This document shows positions 1 to 8,267 of a DNA stretch of 32,000 nt, in pieces (positions within the stretch are counted from its first letter, which is position 1; each line of letters begins with the position of its first letter). Under the pieces are notes generated by a model that had not been told where the DNA came from, searched no databases, and was given only the letters and a program-made list of their open reading frames with translations. The stretch lies in the NCBI GenBank assembly GCA_004284765.1, contig NQJD01000027.1:1-32000 (forward strand), given 5' to 3'. A program made the translations under genes and the position numbers. Source of the DNA: Candidatus Electronema aureum. GTDB lineage: Bacteria; Desulfobacterota; Desulfobulbia; Desulfobulbales; Desulfobulbaceae.

Positions 1-349
1 CTTTCATAAGAACGGCGTTTGGCTGGCGGGCATTCGCCCTCTGAAAACTGAGACCAAGTCGGAAGTCAACTTTTTCAATATTATATTGTTTTTAATGGTA
101 AATTCAATGTGTTTTTTAGGGAGCCGTCCGCTTTGCCACTCATGGTTCACCATTACCCAAAATTTGGCAGTACCGATACAAGTCGCACGAATCAGCGAGC
201 GAGCGGTGCGCAAGATCACGGACATCACCGGTCAACCGAAGAAAGAAACGGTGGTACTGCCGGTGATACCGGGGTTAGAAGTGGCAAAGGCGTAGCTCGC
301 TTCAGCCAGACATTTACGCCGCTTTTCAGCATTGCCAACAGCATCTTTT

Positions 350-907
350 CTAAAAGCACCTGATCATTTTCACAGAGCGCGGCTGATTAGCACTTTGAAC
401 CAGCCATTTCCCGTCAGTTTGCTTGAGGAAGAAAATTTTCTCCTCGTCTGTGCCGCTGCCGTCAGTCCGGCAATATCTGATCTTGGCCGTGACTGATGCG
501 CTGCTTGCCGAAGCCTCCTGCGCGAGGAACTCGACTAAGCTGACCGACTTGATCGACTTTTCCGGCTTGCTTGCCGACTGCATCCATCTTGATATTGCCT
601 CAACATTCAGGCTCGGATGCAGTTCTTTGGCTTTGTCGAGCTGCCTGCTGTCAATGAACTGAATGTACTCGGCAACAATCTCCTGCGGCGAAGAAGGTGC
701 AGTAAACAAGGCATCCTTGAATTGCAGGAAAAGACCCAGCACAAGCAGGACTGCGCCAATGACGACGGAGATTTTCTGTCGTTCAGGCGAGACAGTGATG
801 GTCCCGCCCACTTGGGAGACAATCGCCAGCAGCAGAAAAAACAGCCCTGCAACCACCATCAGGGTCTGCAAAGGAGAATTAAACAATGCGTTGATAATGG
901 CATTCAT
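350..907 (-). CDS. hypothetical membrane-anchored protein
   Basis: The ORF has 185 codons and an ATG start. Two N-terminal hydrophobic helices (LMVVAGLFFLLLAIV, VVIGAVLLVLGLFL) are followed by a soluble domain of about 110 aa. I recognise no family. Confidence 0.55.
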   Translation of the reverse strand: MNAIINALFNSPLQTLMVVAGLFFLLLAIVSQVGGTITVSPERQKISVVIGAVLLVLGLFLQFKDALFTAPSSPQEIVAEYIQFIDSRQLDKAKELHPSLNVEAISRWMQSASKPEKSIKSVSLVEFLAQEASASSASVTAKIRYCRTDGSGTDEEKIFFLKQTDGKWLVQSANQPRSVKMIRCF

Positions 908-954
908 GTTTATTCAGGGTAAAGGCTGCGTGACGATCTGCGGCATGACAGCTG

Positions 955-1413
955 CTACTCGCCGCCGGTTTCTCCTCCGCTCTTTTCCTTCTTGCCCGGC
1001 CCTGGCCGGAACGCCTTGAAAAAATCAAAAAGATATTGGGCCTGCTCCTTGATCTCCGGGCAGGCGTTTTCAAATTCCCGGATGCGCCGCGAGACGCTGA
1101 ACAGACCTTCCATGCAGCGCGAGGTGGCCTGTAGCCGCTGATGGTAGATGGACTGGTGCAGTCGCTCCAGCAGCAGCTCAACCGGTTCCAGCTGCTTGAC
1201 CGCAGCCAGACCCTGATCGAGATCAGCCAGCACCGCAGGGGTGAGATGCAGAGTCGTGGCGTGCTGCTGCGCCAGCTGGCTGACATCATCCACTATCGCC
1301 TGATATCCGGGCAGTGCCTTGAGCAAAGCCTGCACCTCGTCGGCATCTAACGGCGGCGCAAATTCCACGTTCAGCAGCTCTGCGATTTTTTCCTGAATGG
1401 TCTTTTCCGGCAT
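955..1413 (-). CDS. hypothetical protein (152 aa, helical/acidic, Gly/Lys-rich tail)
   Basis: The track ORF 955..1563 is trimmed to the internal ATG at 1413. That ATG is preceded by GGAGG (reverse complement of 1420-1424) at good spacing. The longer N-terminal extension would run through the promoter and the repeat array. Confidence 0.55.
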   Translation of the reverse strand: MPEKTIQEKIAELLNVEFAPPLDADEVQALLKALPGYQAIVDDVSQLAQQHATTLHLTPAVLADLDQGLAAVKQLEPVELLLERLHQSIYHQRLQATSRCMEGLFSVSRRIREFENACPEIKEQAQYLFDFFKAFRPGPGKKEKSGGETGGE

Positions 1414-1450
1414 GATCGTCCTCCCTGCAAGAATTTTTAGAGATACGCCA

Positions 1451-1479
1451 AAATTATTCCGCTGCGCCGCTGCTGTCAA
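1451..1479 (-). promoter_or_regulatory. sigma70-like promoter (TTGACA-17 nt-TAATTT) for the 955..1413 gene
   Basis: On the minus strand, TTGACA is the reverse complement of 1474-1479 and TAATTT is the reverse complement of 1451-1456. The spacer is 17 nt, and the -10 element ends about 38 nt upstream of the ATG at 1413. Confidence 0.4.
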
Positions 1480-1501
1480 GCAAAAAAAGAGCGGCAGAGG
1501 A

Positions 1502-1642
1502 AGGAAAACTGCTGCTTGGAGGCAGGAATCTTCTGGGTAAAGCCAGGCGGCTTCAGGGTACAAGGCAGAAACTTTCTGGGTAGAGTCAGGAAGTTTCTGG
1601 GTTGGAGGCAGAAAGCTGCTGGATAGAGGCGGGCATTTTCTG
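1502..1642. repeat. seven phased 21-22 bp degenerate tandem repeats, each with an imperfect CAGRAA-N-TTTCTG palindrome
   Basis: Units start at 1502, 1523, 1544, 1566, 1587, 1609 and 1630. The best unit is CAGAAACTTTCTG at 1566-1578, a perfect 6-1-6 palindrome. Other units are CAGGAAGTTTCTG, CAGGAATCTTCTG, CAGAAAGCTGCTG, CAGGCGGCTTCAG and CGGGCATTTTCTG. Confidence 0.8.
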
Positions 1643-1683
1643 GATTGTTCCCATTCTGCTTTTTAGCAGGGAAGGATAAGCTG

Positions 1684-1700
1684 CGCTTACACAGTAAGCG
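1684..1700 (-). terminator. possible transcript-end hairpin after the HEPN-tailed gene
   Basis: CGCTTAC-aca-GTAAGCG forms a perfect 7-bp stem 6 nt past the stop codon. A second small hairpin, CTGCT-tttt-AGCAG, follows. There is no clear U-tract. Confidence 0.3.
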
Positions 1701-1705
1701 ATTTG

Positions 1706-3316
1706 TTATTGAAGTTCAATTTTCCTCCAAAACAATGACTCTTTTGTGTTATGTTCTTCGTAATGTTCATTCATAATTTTAAGAATCGACTCTGCGAGAA
1801 CACCGGGTATCTCTTCAAGCACCTGTTTTAGTTTTTCCTGATCCTCATCCCTCTCTCTTTTCTTTTTCTTTGTGCTGGTGGAAATATCTCCACCATGCGC
1901 AACTGTAGAGCGAAAGCTGTAAAGATCGCCTATGAGCTTGAACAGTTTGTCTCGATCTTCATAATTTTCTTTTAAAAAGCGAGCAGCTCGAAGACGAAGG
2001 CGGTATGTTAATTCGGTTCGTTCTGTGCCGTTATCGTTTAAATATATTGCTTCAAGGGCGATAGCATATTCAAGAAGTCGTTCTGGATCATCAGGTGAGT
2101 ATCGTTCAATACTATTACGAAATCGTTTTATAGCGTACTCAATTTTTTTATTTTTTGGAGTAATAGAAGGCAGCATCAATAATATTGCCCTGCTAACAGA
2201 TTCAAGCTCTTCGTTAGTTAGTTGAGCCTTTGAAGCAGGTGAAAAATCAAATCGTTTGGGTGTATATGGGGCCATGTATGACTGATATTCATAAGCATAG
2301 TCGTATGTTTTCTGGATATGAGGAGCAAATGGAGATAAAGGATGGATTTCGATAGTTATAATGCCGATATCATCCAGAGGTCGGCAAAGACGTAAACTGT
2401 CAAGTATCAGTCGAGCAAGGTATGAAGCATAACTATATTCTATGCTATAGGATTTTTCATTATCTTTGGCTGGAATTATAACTTTGTATTTGGCGACAGT
2501 ATTAATTTTTTCAACTCCAATAACAGGTTCTCCTTTCCATGATGTTGGCCGTCCGTCATTTGATAGGGGAGTTAAAAGATCATCTGTCGCATATCCGAGA
2601 ACTACTCGAATAGTCCTTCCTGCTTTGGAAAGATTAATTAATGGCACATCTTCGGATTGATCGATTAATGGGCCGTTAAAAAATATTCTTATTTCGTAAC
2701 TGTCTTCATTCAGTAGCTCTATTTCCTTTAGAGCACTGACAGTTCCTTCTTTTACCATCTCCCAACTGTCAAAATGCTGTCGAGCAGCTGGATCAAATCC
2801 TGCTATTTTGAGTTGTTCCACAAGTATTTTTGAAAAAGCAGAGAAATAAATATGAGCATGATAAGGAAATTCAGTCCCCCAACTTTTTTTCCATTCAATG
2901 AAATTATCCCATGACCCTATTTTAGTTCCTATCAACCCTTTGAAAATGCGATAAGTAAGTCTATCGTGAATACACGCGATCTCTTTAATATCTGAAACAT
3001 TCTTCAATATTTCGGCAAATGCTCCCTGTAACTGTTCACGATGATATGATTTAGGCTCCTCATACGAGCTATTAAGCAAATTCGATATCGAATCTCTTAA
3101 ATCGGATTTCTCTGAAAAAGTAACTTTGACCCCAGGTAATCCTCTAATGGGTCTTCCTGTGACAGGCAGTTTTGTTGCCGTTTCTTCAGCCTCAGTAATT
3201 GCCTTTTTGGGTCGTTCTCGCCAGTAAGGATAATCCTCTTTAAATGAATCAAGCGACCAGAGCTGTGATAAGCTGTCGCATAGCGCATGAATGGTAGTTT
3301 CTAATTCAGGTGTCAT
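1706..3316 (-). CDS. large protein with C-terminal HEPN-type (R-x4-H) domain and an unrecognised ~370-aa N-terminal region (ApeA-like architecture)
   Basis: The track ORF starts at TTG 3328. An ATG at 3316 lies 5 nt after the upstream stop. The C-terminal helical domain contains YSFRSTVAHGG, an R-x4-H motif. The gene is visibly AT-rich compared with its neighbours. Confidence 0.75.
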   Translation of the reverse strand: MTPELETTIHALCDSLSQLWSLDSFKEDYPYWRERPKKAITEAEETATKLPVTGRPIRGLPGVKVTFSEKSDLRDSISNLLNSSYEEPKSYHREQLQGAFAEILKNVSDIKEIACIHDRLTYRIFKGLIGTKIGSWDNFIEWKKSWGTEFPYHAHIYFSAFSKILVEQLKIAGFDPAARQHFDSWEMVKEGTVSALKEIELLNEDSYEIRIFFNGPLIDQSEDVPLINLSKAGRTIRVVLGYATDDLLTPLSNDGRPTSWKGEPVIGVEKINTVAKYKVIIPAKDNEKSYSIEYSYASYLARLILDSLRLCRPLDDIGIITIEIHPLSPFAPHIQKTYDYAYEYQSYMAPYTPKRFDFSPASKAQLTNEELESVSRAILLMLPSITPKNKKIEYAIKRFRNSIERYSPDDPERLLEYAIALEAIYLNDNGTERTELTYRLRLRAARFLKENYEDRDKLFKLIGDLYSFRSTVAHGGDISTSTKKKKRERDEDQEKLKQVLEEIPGVLAESILKIMNEHYEEHNTKESLFWRKIELQ

Positions 3317-3321
3317 TTCAA

Positions 3322-3954
3322 TCACCAAATTTCAATTTCCTCAATCTTCCCCTGCGCCTTTTTCAGCATATGCGCCAACACCCCCATAATCTTGCCAATG
3401 CTGCTGATGTAATAAGAGGGCTTGTCTATAAACACCGTGTCTTCGGCAAGTTTCAGGAATTTCCATTCATCGCCGGTGGTCACGGCCCCATAAATGCACG
3501 GCAGATGGCGATTCTCCTTTTCGTTATACAGCTTGGCCGCGTACATCTCCGCAATGCACTGGCCCAGTCCTGAAATAATGTCCTCATTTTTCGCCTCAAC
3601 CACTGCCAGAACGGGCACATCAAGGTAAAGCTGCTCGGCGGATTGGCTCAGAATGTAATCACAAAAGCCACTCAGGCCCCGCTCACGGTCAACCGTGAAG
3701 TCAATCCCGGAAAAAAGACTGATGCTTTCCGCCAGCATCTCCTTTGCTTCCACCAAAATGTTGATAATGATCAGCTCTGAGCGGGCTTTTTCCGTGTTGA
3801 TTGACAATGCCAGCTGGACATTTCTGGTTAACGTCGTGGCAAGATAGGAACTGATCTCGGCCTCTGGCACCTCGTCAAATAATGAAACAGACTCAACCGT
3901 CTTCAGCTGAAACTCAGCCTTTACTTTCTTCAGGGTAAAATCGCTATAGGCCAT
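3322..3954 (-). CDS. standalone PD-(D/E)xK restriction-endonuclease-fold protein (HsdR-N-terminal-like)
   Basis: The protein is 210 aa. The string GFCDYIL...PVLAVVEAKNEDI...GLGQCIAEMY...YGAVTTGDEWKF fits the D-(D/E)xK-Q core of this fold. The gene is translationally coupled to the downstream gene. Confidence 0.7.
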   Translation of the reverse strand: MAYSDFTLKKVKAEFQLKTVESVSLFDEVPEAEISSYLATTLTRNVQLALSINTEKARSELIIINILVEAKEMLAESISLFSGIDFTVDRERGLSGFCDYILSQSAEQLYLDVPVLAVVEAKNEDIISGLGQCIAEMYAAKLYNEKENRHLPCIYGAVTTGDEWKFLKLAEDTVFIDKPSYYISSIGKIMGVLAHMLKKAQGKIEEIEIW

Positions 3955-3992
3955 GATAATTTTTGCTTATGTCTCGCTGTATTCAGCCTCTT

Positions 3993-4412
3993 TCAATGGA
4001 CAAACAGCATGTTCTGAAACGGATAGGTATTCTTCCAGCGATATGTCCGAAAGTCACGCTGATCAATGCTGAGTATCCTTCCGTCACGCAGCTCTTCTGC
4101 CAAAATGACCAAGGACGCATCCGCCAAATCCATCGGCAGGTCAGCGTATTTTTCCATCAGATTTAGAATAAGGCTGTGATGCTCCTCACGAAGGTCGAAA
4201 ACGATGAAACTCCCTTGACGGAGACTGCGGATGAAACCTAATTCCGCCTCGATTCCCATGCGTTTCAGCAGCAGATGACACGTTTCGGTCAGAACCGGCC
4301 ATGTTGTTATCAGCGGTTCACGCAATCTGCTGAACGCATCTATGGCCACTTGATGATACTTATCGTCGGCATTTACCAAGGCAACCCAGAAGCCTGTGTC
4401 CGCAATAATCAC
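3993..4412 (-). CDS. vapC: PIN-domain ribonuclease toxin VapC
   Basis: The acidic PIN residues are in the expected order: IIADTG, LTETCH, DLADAS, SIDQRDF. The start is GTG and overlaps the upstream stop as GTGA. Confidence 0.9.
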   Translation of the reverse strand: MIIADTGFWVALVNADDKYHQVAIDAFSRLREPLITTWPVLTETCHLLLKRMGIEAELGFIRSLRQGSFIVFDLREEHHSLILNLMEKYADLPMDLADASLVILAEELRDGRILSIDQRDFRTYRWKNTYPFQNMLFVH

Positions 4413-4657
4413 AGCTTATCGCTCCAATCCAATTCGTTCTTGTAATTTTCCGAAAGACTGCTGCCTCCATGCAGACAGCCGACCACGCCGTTCTTGCGGA
4501 AAATCTCCAGCGCATCTTGGCCGACAGCAACTTGATGCCGAGCATACAGCTCGTCAATGGCAAGCTCAAGCACAGTGCGCGCATCTTTTCCCACCGTATG
4601 CTGAAGCTGCTGCAATTTTTCGTAATGCCGATTCCCCAATTCCAGATTGAGCTGCAT
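4409..4657 (-). CDS. vapB: VapB-type antitoxin (family not recognised)
   Basis: The ORF is 82 aa and sits immediately upstream of vapC with a 4-nt GTGA overlap. Size and position are typical of a type II antitoxin. Confidence 0.7.
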   Translation of the reverse strand: MQLNLELGNRHYEKLQQLQHTVGKDARTVLELAIDELYARHQVAVGQDALEIFRKNGVVGCLHGGSSLSENYKNELDWSDKL

Positions 4658-4697
4658 AATTTCCTCCGGTTTCCTTGCTTTCTGTCAGCTCGTTATT

Positions 4698-6674
4698 CTA
4701 CTCTCCTTTCTCCAGCTCCTCAATCTTGCCCTGCGCCTCTTCCCAAGCCGCATACTGCCGCTCCAAAAGCTGCTTCACCTCGCCATATTCCTTGCTGGTT
4801 TTGGTCCATTGCTGCTGATTTGCATACAAAGCTGGGTCGGCCATCTGGGATTCCAGCTCAATCTTCTGCGTTTCCAGCCGCTCAATCTCCTTTTCCGCAT
4901 CCACCGCCTTTTTCTTCCACGGCTTGACTTGGGCATTCACCTGCTCCCGCTGCTGGCCGCGCTGCTTCCGGTCTTCCTTGCGGTCAACACTGACTGCAAC
5001 AGGCTGGACAACAGCAGGTTTTGGCGCGGCAGCTTTGGCATTCCGCAGGCTGCCTGCTGCTTCTTCCTCGCGCCGCTTACGAGTTTCCAAGTAATCGTCA
5101 ATATTGCCGTCGTGGAGGAACGCCTGCTGGTCGCGGATTTCCAGCACCTTGTTGACAAAGGAATTAACAAAGGATCGGTTATGCGAAACCACGACGATCG
5201 TGCCTTCGTATTGAGCCATCGCCTCTTGCAGAACCTCCTGCGAGGCAATGTCGAGATGGTTGGTCGGCTCGTCGAGCATCATCAGGTTGGCAGGCTTGAT
5301 CAGCATCTTTGCCAAAGCAACCCGGCTTTTTTCGCCGCCAGACAGCACCTGCACCTTTTTATCCACATCATCGCCGGTGAAAAGGAATGCGCCCAGCAGT
5401 GAGCGCACCTTGGTTATGGTCATGTCCTGCGCATTGTGATACACCGTGTCCAAAATGCTGTACTGACCGTCTAGCTCCTGCGCCTGATGCTGGCCGAAAT
5501 AAGTCATAACCACATTATGACCCCGACGCACAGTGCCTTCGGCTGGCTCCAGCCCGGCCATGATTTTCATCAAGGTGGTCTTGCCCGCGCCGTTCACGCC
5601 GACCACCGCCAATTTGTCGCCGCGCCGCAGCGTGAACGAGACATCTTTGAAAATCGTCCTGCCGTCAAACTGCTTGCTCACCCCGTTCAGCTCCAGCACG
5701 TCGCGCCCGGAAGCCGCCGCAGGGGGAAAGGCGAAATGGATGGTGCGCTCGCTTTCCGACAGCTCAATCCGCTCGATCTTGTCAAGCTGCTTGACCCGGC
5801 TCTGCACCTGCTTGGCCTTGGTTGATTTGGCCTTGAAGCGGGTGATGAACTGCTCGGTTTGCTTGATCATGGCCTGCTGGTTGTCGTAGGAGGCCCGCTC
5901 CATCTCCATGCGCAGGACTTTCTCCTCCAGATATTTGGAGTAATTTCCTTTATAGACCGTCAGCCTGCCCAGACTTAGCTCCCAGGTTTTTGTTGTCACC
6001 CGGTCGAGGAACGAACGGTCATGGGAGATAATCATCATCGCACCTTGGTACTGCTGAAGGAATTCCTCCATCCAGGTCAGCGAGTCGAGATCAAGGTGGT
6101 TGGTCGGCTCGTCAAGCAGAAGCAAGGCGGGCTGGCGCAAAAGCAGCTTGGCTAAAAGCAGGCGCATGATCCAGCCGCCGGAGAACTCTTTCACCTCCCT
6201 GTCCAAATCCGCTTTGACAAAGCCAAGGCCGAAGAGGATGCGCTCAATCTGCGGGCGGATGCGGAAGACATCGTGGCCTTCGAGCAGATGCTGCAACTCG
6301 CCTTGGCGTTCAATCAGCGCGTCCAGCTCAGGGTCATGCTGGTCAATCCCGGCCATGCGCTGGCTGATTTCCTCAAACTCCCGCTGATGCTGCAAGGCTT
6401 CGTCAAAGGCTCTTTCCGCCTCCTCATACAGGGTGCGACTACCCAGCTCGATGGTGATTTCCTGCGGCAGATAGGCCACAGTGAACCACGAGGCCCGGCT
6501 GATCACACCGGGATCCGTCTCAATCTCCTTGCAGATGATCTTCATCAAGGTGGACTTGCCCGTGCCGTTGACCCCAGCCAGGCCGATGCGGTCGTTGACA
6601 TGAATCTGAGCGGCGATGTCGCGGAAAAGATGCTTAGGGCCGTGCTGAAGGCTGAGGCTGCTGATAGTGAGCAT
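4698..6674 (-). CDS. ABC-F family ATPase (two ABC domains, C-terminal coiled coil)
   Basis: Walker A motifs are GVNGTGKST and GVNGAGKTT. Signature motifs are FSGGWIMR and LSGGEKSR. There are no transmembrane segments, and the tail is Lys/Glu-rich. Confidence 0.95.
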   Translation of the reverse strand: MLTISSLSLQHGPKHLFRDIAAQIHVNDRIGLAGVNGTGKSTLMKIICKEIETDPGVISRASWFTVAYLPQEITIELGSRTLYEEAERAFDEALQHQREFEEISQRMAGIDQHDPELDALIERQGELQHLLEGHDVFRIRPQIERILFGLGFVKADLDREVKEFSGGWIMRLLLAKLLLRQPALLLLDEPTNHLDLDSLTWMEEFLQQYQGAMMIISHDRSFLDRVTTKTWELSLGRLTVYKGNYSKYLEEKVLRMEMERASYDNQQAMIKQTEQFITRFKAKSTKAKQVQSRVKQLDKIERIELSESERTIHFAFPPAAASGRDVLELNGVSKQFDGRTIFKDVSFTLRRGDKLAVVGVNGAGKTTLMKIMAGLEPAEGTVRRGHNVVMTYFGQHQAQELDGQYSILDTVYHNAQDMTITKVRSLLGAFLFTGDDVDKKVQVLSGGEKSRVALAKMLIKPANLMMLDEPTNHLDIASQEVLQEAMAQYEGTIVVVSHNRSFVNSFVNKVLEIRDQQAFLHDGNIDDYLETRKRREEEAAGSLRNAKAAAPKPAVVQPVAVSVDRKEDRKQRGQQREQVNAQVKPWKKKAVDAEKEIERLETQKIELESQMADPALYANQQQWTKTSKEYGEVKQLLERQYAAWEEAQGKIEELEKGE

Positions 6675-6773
6675 TGAATTAAATACAGTCTATGGTTTTT
6701 TTATGCCAAAAAAGGAAAGTCTTGAGAAGTAAAATTCAGCAAAAATAGAAAATTGATGGAGAGTGCTGCTGTC

Positions 6774-7127
6774 TTATTCAATGGGACATTTATTACCATC
6801 TTTATCAATGCAGACAAACGTGACCATTGTGGAAAATATTTCCGAATCATCAACAGGAAATGCGCTTGCTAAACTGACCTGCACCCGATAGGTGACTGAG
6901 GTTTTCCCTGTTTTCTCTTTCTCCACATTGAACACCAGAATGCTGCCCAGCTCCACTCGTTTCTTGTAGCTTACCTTGTCCATACCAACCGTGACAAAGC
7001 TCTTGCCGGGATGGTCTAATCTGGCGCAGATGTAGGCAGCTTCATCCACCCACTTGAGCAGCACGCCGCCGAACAGGTAGCCGTAGTGATTGAGATGCTC
7101 GGTAAGGACTAACTGGTAATTTTGCAT
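6774..7127 (-). CDS. hot-dog fold acyl-CoA thioesterase (YciA/4HBT-like)
   Basis: The protein is 117 aa. LTEHLNHYGYLFGGVLLKWVDEAA is typical of acyl-CoA thioester hydrolases. Confidence 0.8.
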   Translation of the reverse strand: MQNYQLVLTEHLNHYGYLFGGVLLKWVDEAAYICARLDHPGKSFVTVGMDKVSYKKRVELGSILVFNVEKEKTGKTSVTYRVQVSLASAFPVDDSEIFSTMVTFVCIDKDGNKCPIE

Positions 7128-7160
7128 GAGTGATACTCGCTATTTCTTTCTTCTGCGGAT

Positions 7161-7196
7161 AAAAAAAGGCCGCAGCCAGAAGCCGCAGCCTTTTTT
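7161..7196 (-). terminator. Rho-independent terminator after atpE
   Basis: On the minus-strand RNA, GGCUGCGGC-UUCU-GCUGCGGCC forms a 9-bp stem with two G-U pairs. It is followed by a U7 run (A-run at 7161-7167 on the plus strand). It lies 20 nt after the atpE stop. Confidence 0.7.
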
Positions 7197-7215
7197 GTAA
7201 ACTGACGGAGATGAA

Positions 7216-7479
7216 TCAGCCGCCGATCAGGGCTGCTTTGTACGGGTTAGCGAACAGCAGAATAAAGGCGATAACCAAACCATAGATGGCGATGGACTCA
7301 ATCAGGGCCATGCCGAGGATCATGGTGGTGGTGATCGCTCCTTTGGCCTCCGGGTTGCGGGCAATACCGCTACATGCGCTTTCAACGCCACGGCCCATGC
7401 CGAGAGCAGCAGCAAAACCAGTCAATCCGATGGATGTGGCTGCGGAAAAACATACCAGTGCGAGAGAAATCTTGTCCAT
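7216..7479 (-). CDS. atpE: F0F1 ATP synthase subunit c
   Basis: The 87-aa protein forms a two-helix hairpin: GLTGFAAALGMGRG...ARNPEA...ALIESIAIYGLVIAF, which includes the carboxylate Glu. Confidence 0.95.
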   Translation of the reverse strand: MDKISLALVCFSAATSIGLTGFAAALGMGRGVESACSGIARNPEAKGAITTTMILGMALIESIAIYGLVIAFILLFANPYKAALIGG

Positions 7480-7541
7480 TTTTTACCTCCAAACAGTAAT
7501 AGATAAATAGAGTTGGCCTTCTTCGTAGCTTATAGGAAATT

Positions 7542-8264
7542 TCAGTGGGCGTGTTCCATCGCTCCGACGCAGTAAATGACAGCGAGCAGAACAAAAACAA
7601 CACCCTGAATCAGGGAAACAAGCACACCGAGGCACAGGATGGGCAGTGGCGCAAAAATCGCCCCGACCAGCATGAAAAGAACACCGAGCAATATCTCTTT
7701 TGCTAAAATATTGCCAAAAAGACGCATGGAAAGGGAAACAAGACGAGCAAAGTTGCCGATCAGCTCAAGAATAATCATAAACGGAGCCATAACTGCAATC
7801 GGCCCGGTGAAATGCTTGTAGTATTTCCAACCGTGATAGCGGAAGCCCAGAATATGATGAAGAAGCCAGACAATGATGGTCATGGCGACGGTGATATTGA
7901 GACTGGAGGTGGGCGACATAAAGCCAGGCAGCAGGCCGATCATGTTAGCCAGCACGATGTAAATGAAAAAGGTCGCCAACACCGGGAAGAGCATCCGGGC
8001 TTTTTCGCGGCCCATGTGCTCGGCAAAAAAATCCATTAGCCCACCAATCAGAGCCTCCCAAAAATTCTGGCCAGTGCCTGGCACCAATTCCAATTTGCCT
8101 AAAGTCAGCTTCGGCACTACGAACAGAAAGGCCATGATCAGCCAACTGTAGGTCAGGTAAGGTTCAGTTAGCTTTTCCAGCAGCGTTCCGCCGATCGGCC
8201 CGTGAGGAACCGGTAGTCCGATCCAGTTGAGAATCACCGAGATGAAAAGTATTGGATGTTCCAT
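7542..8264 (-). CDS. atpB: F0F1 ATP synthase subunit a
   Basis: The 240-aa protein is polytopic and carries the conserved SLSMRLFGNILAKE motif with the essential Arg. Confidence 0.95.
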   Translation of the reverse strand: MEHPILFISVILNWIGLPVPHGPIGGTLLEKLTEPYLTYSWLIMAFLFVVPKLTLGKLELVPGTGQNFWEALIGGLMDFFAEHMGREKARMLFPVLATFFIYIVLANMIGLLPGFMSPTSSLNITVAMTIIVWLLHHILGFRYHGWKYYKHFTGPIAVMAPFMIILELIGNFARLVSLSMRLFGNILAKEILLGVLFMLVGAIFAPLPILCLGVLVSLIQGVVFVLLAVIYCVGAMEHAH

Positions 8265-8267
8265 GAC

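Noticed and set aside
86-295. 69-aa plus-strand ORF (and the overlapping 109..363 and 4..228 ORFs) at the window start, with an HTH-like ISERAVRKI stretch
   Set aside because: There is no convincing start or ribosome-binding site, three mutually overlapping candidate frames, and no family recognised. The evidence is too weak to call a gene. The region is reported only as a low-interest structural observation.
955-1563. Long (202-aa) version of the ORF, extending into the repeat array
   Set aside because: The N-terminal 50 codons run through the predicted promoter and the tandem repeats and look non-protein-like. The internal ATG at 1413 has a strong GGAGG ribosome-binding site.
1502-1642. 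Possibility that the 21-22 bp repeats are a CRISPR array
   Set aside because: The units abut one another with no unique spacers. They are degenerate rather than near-identical, and no cas genes are present in the window.
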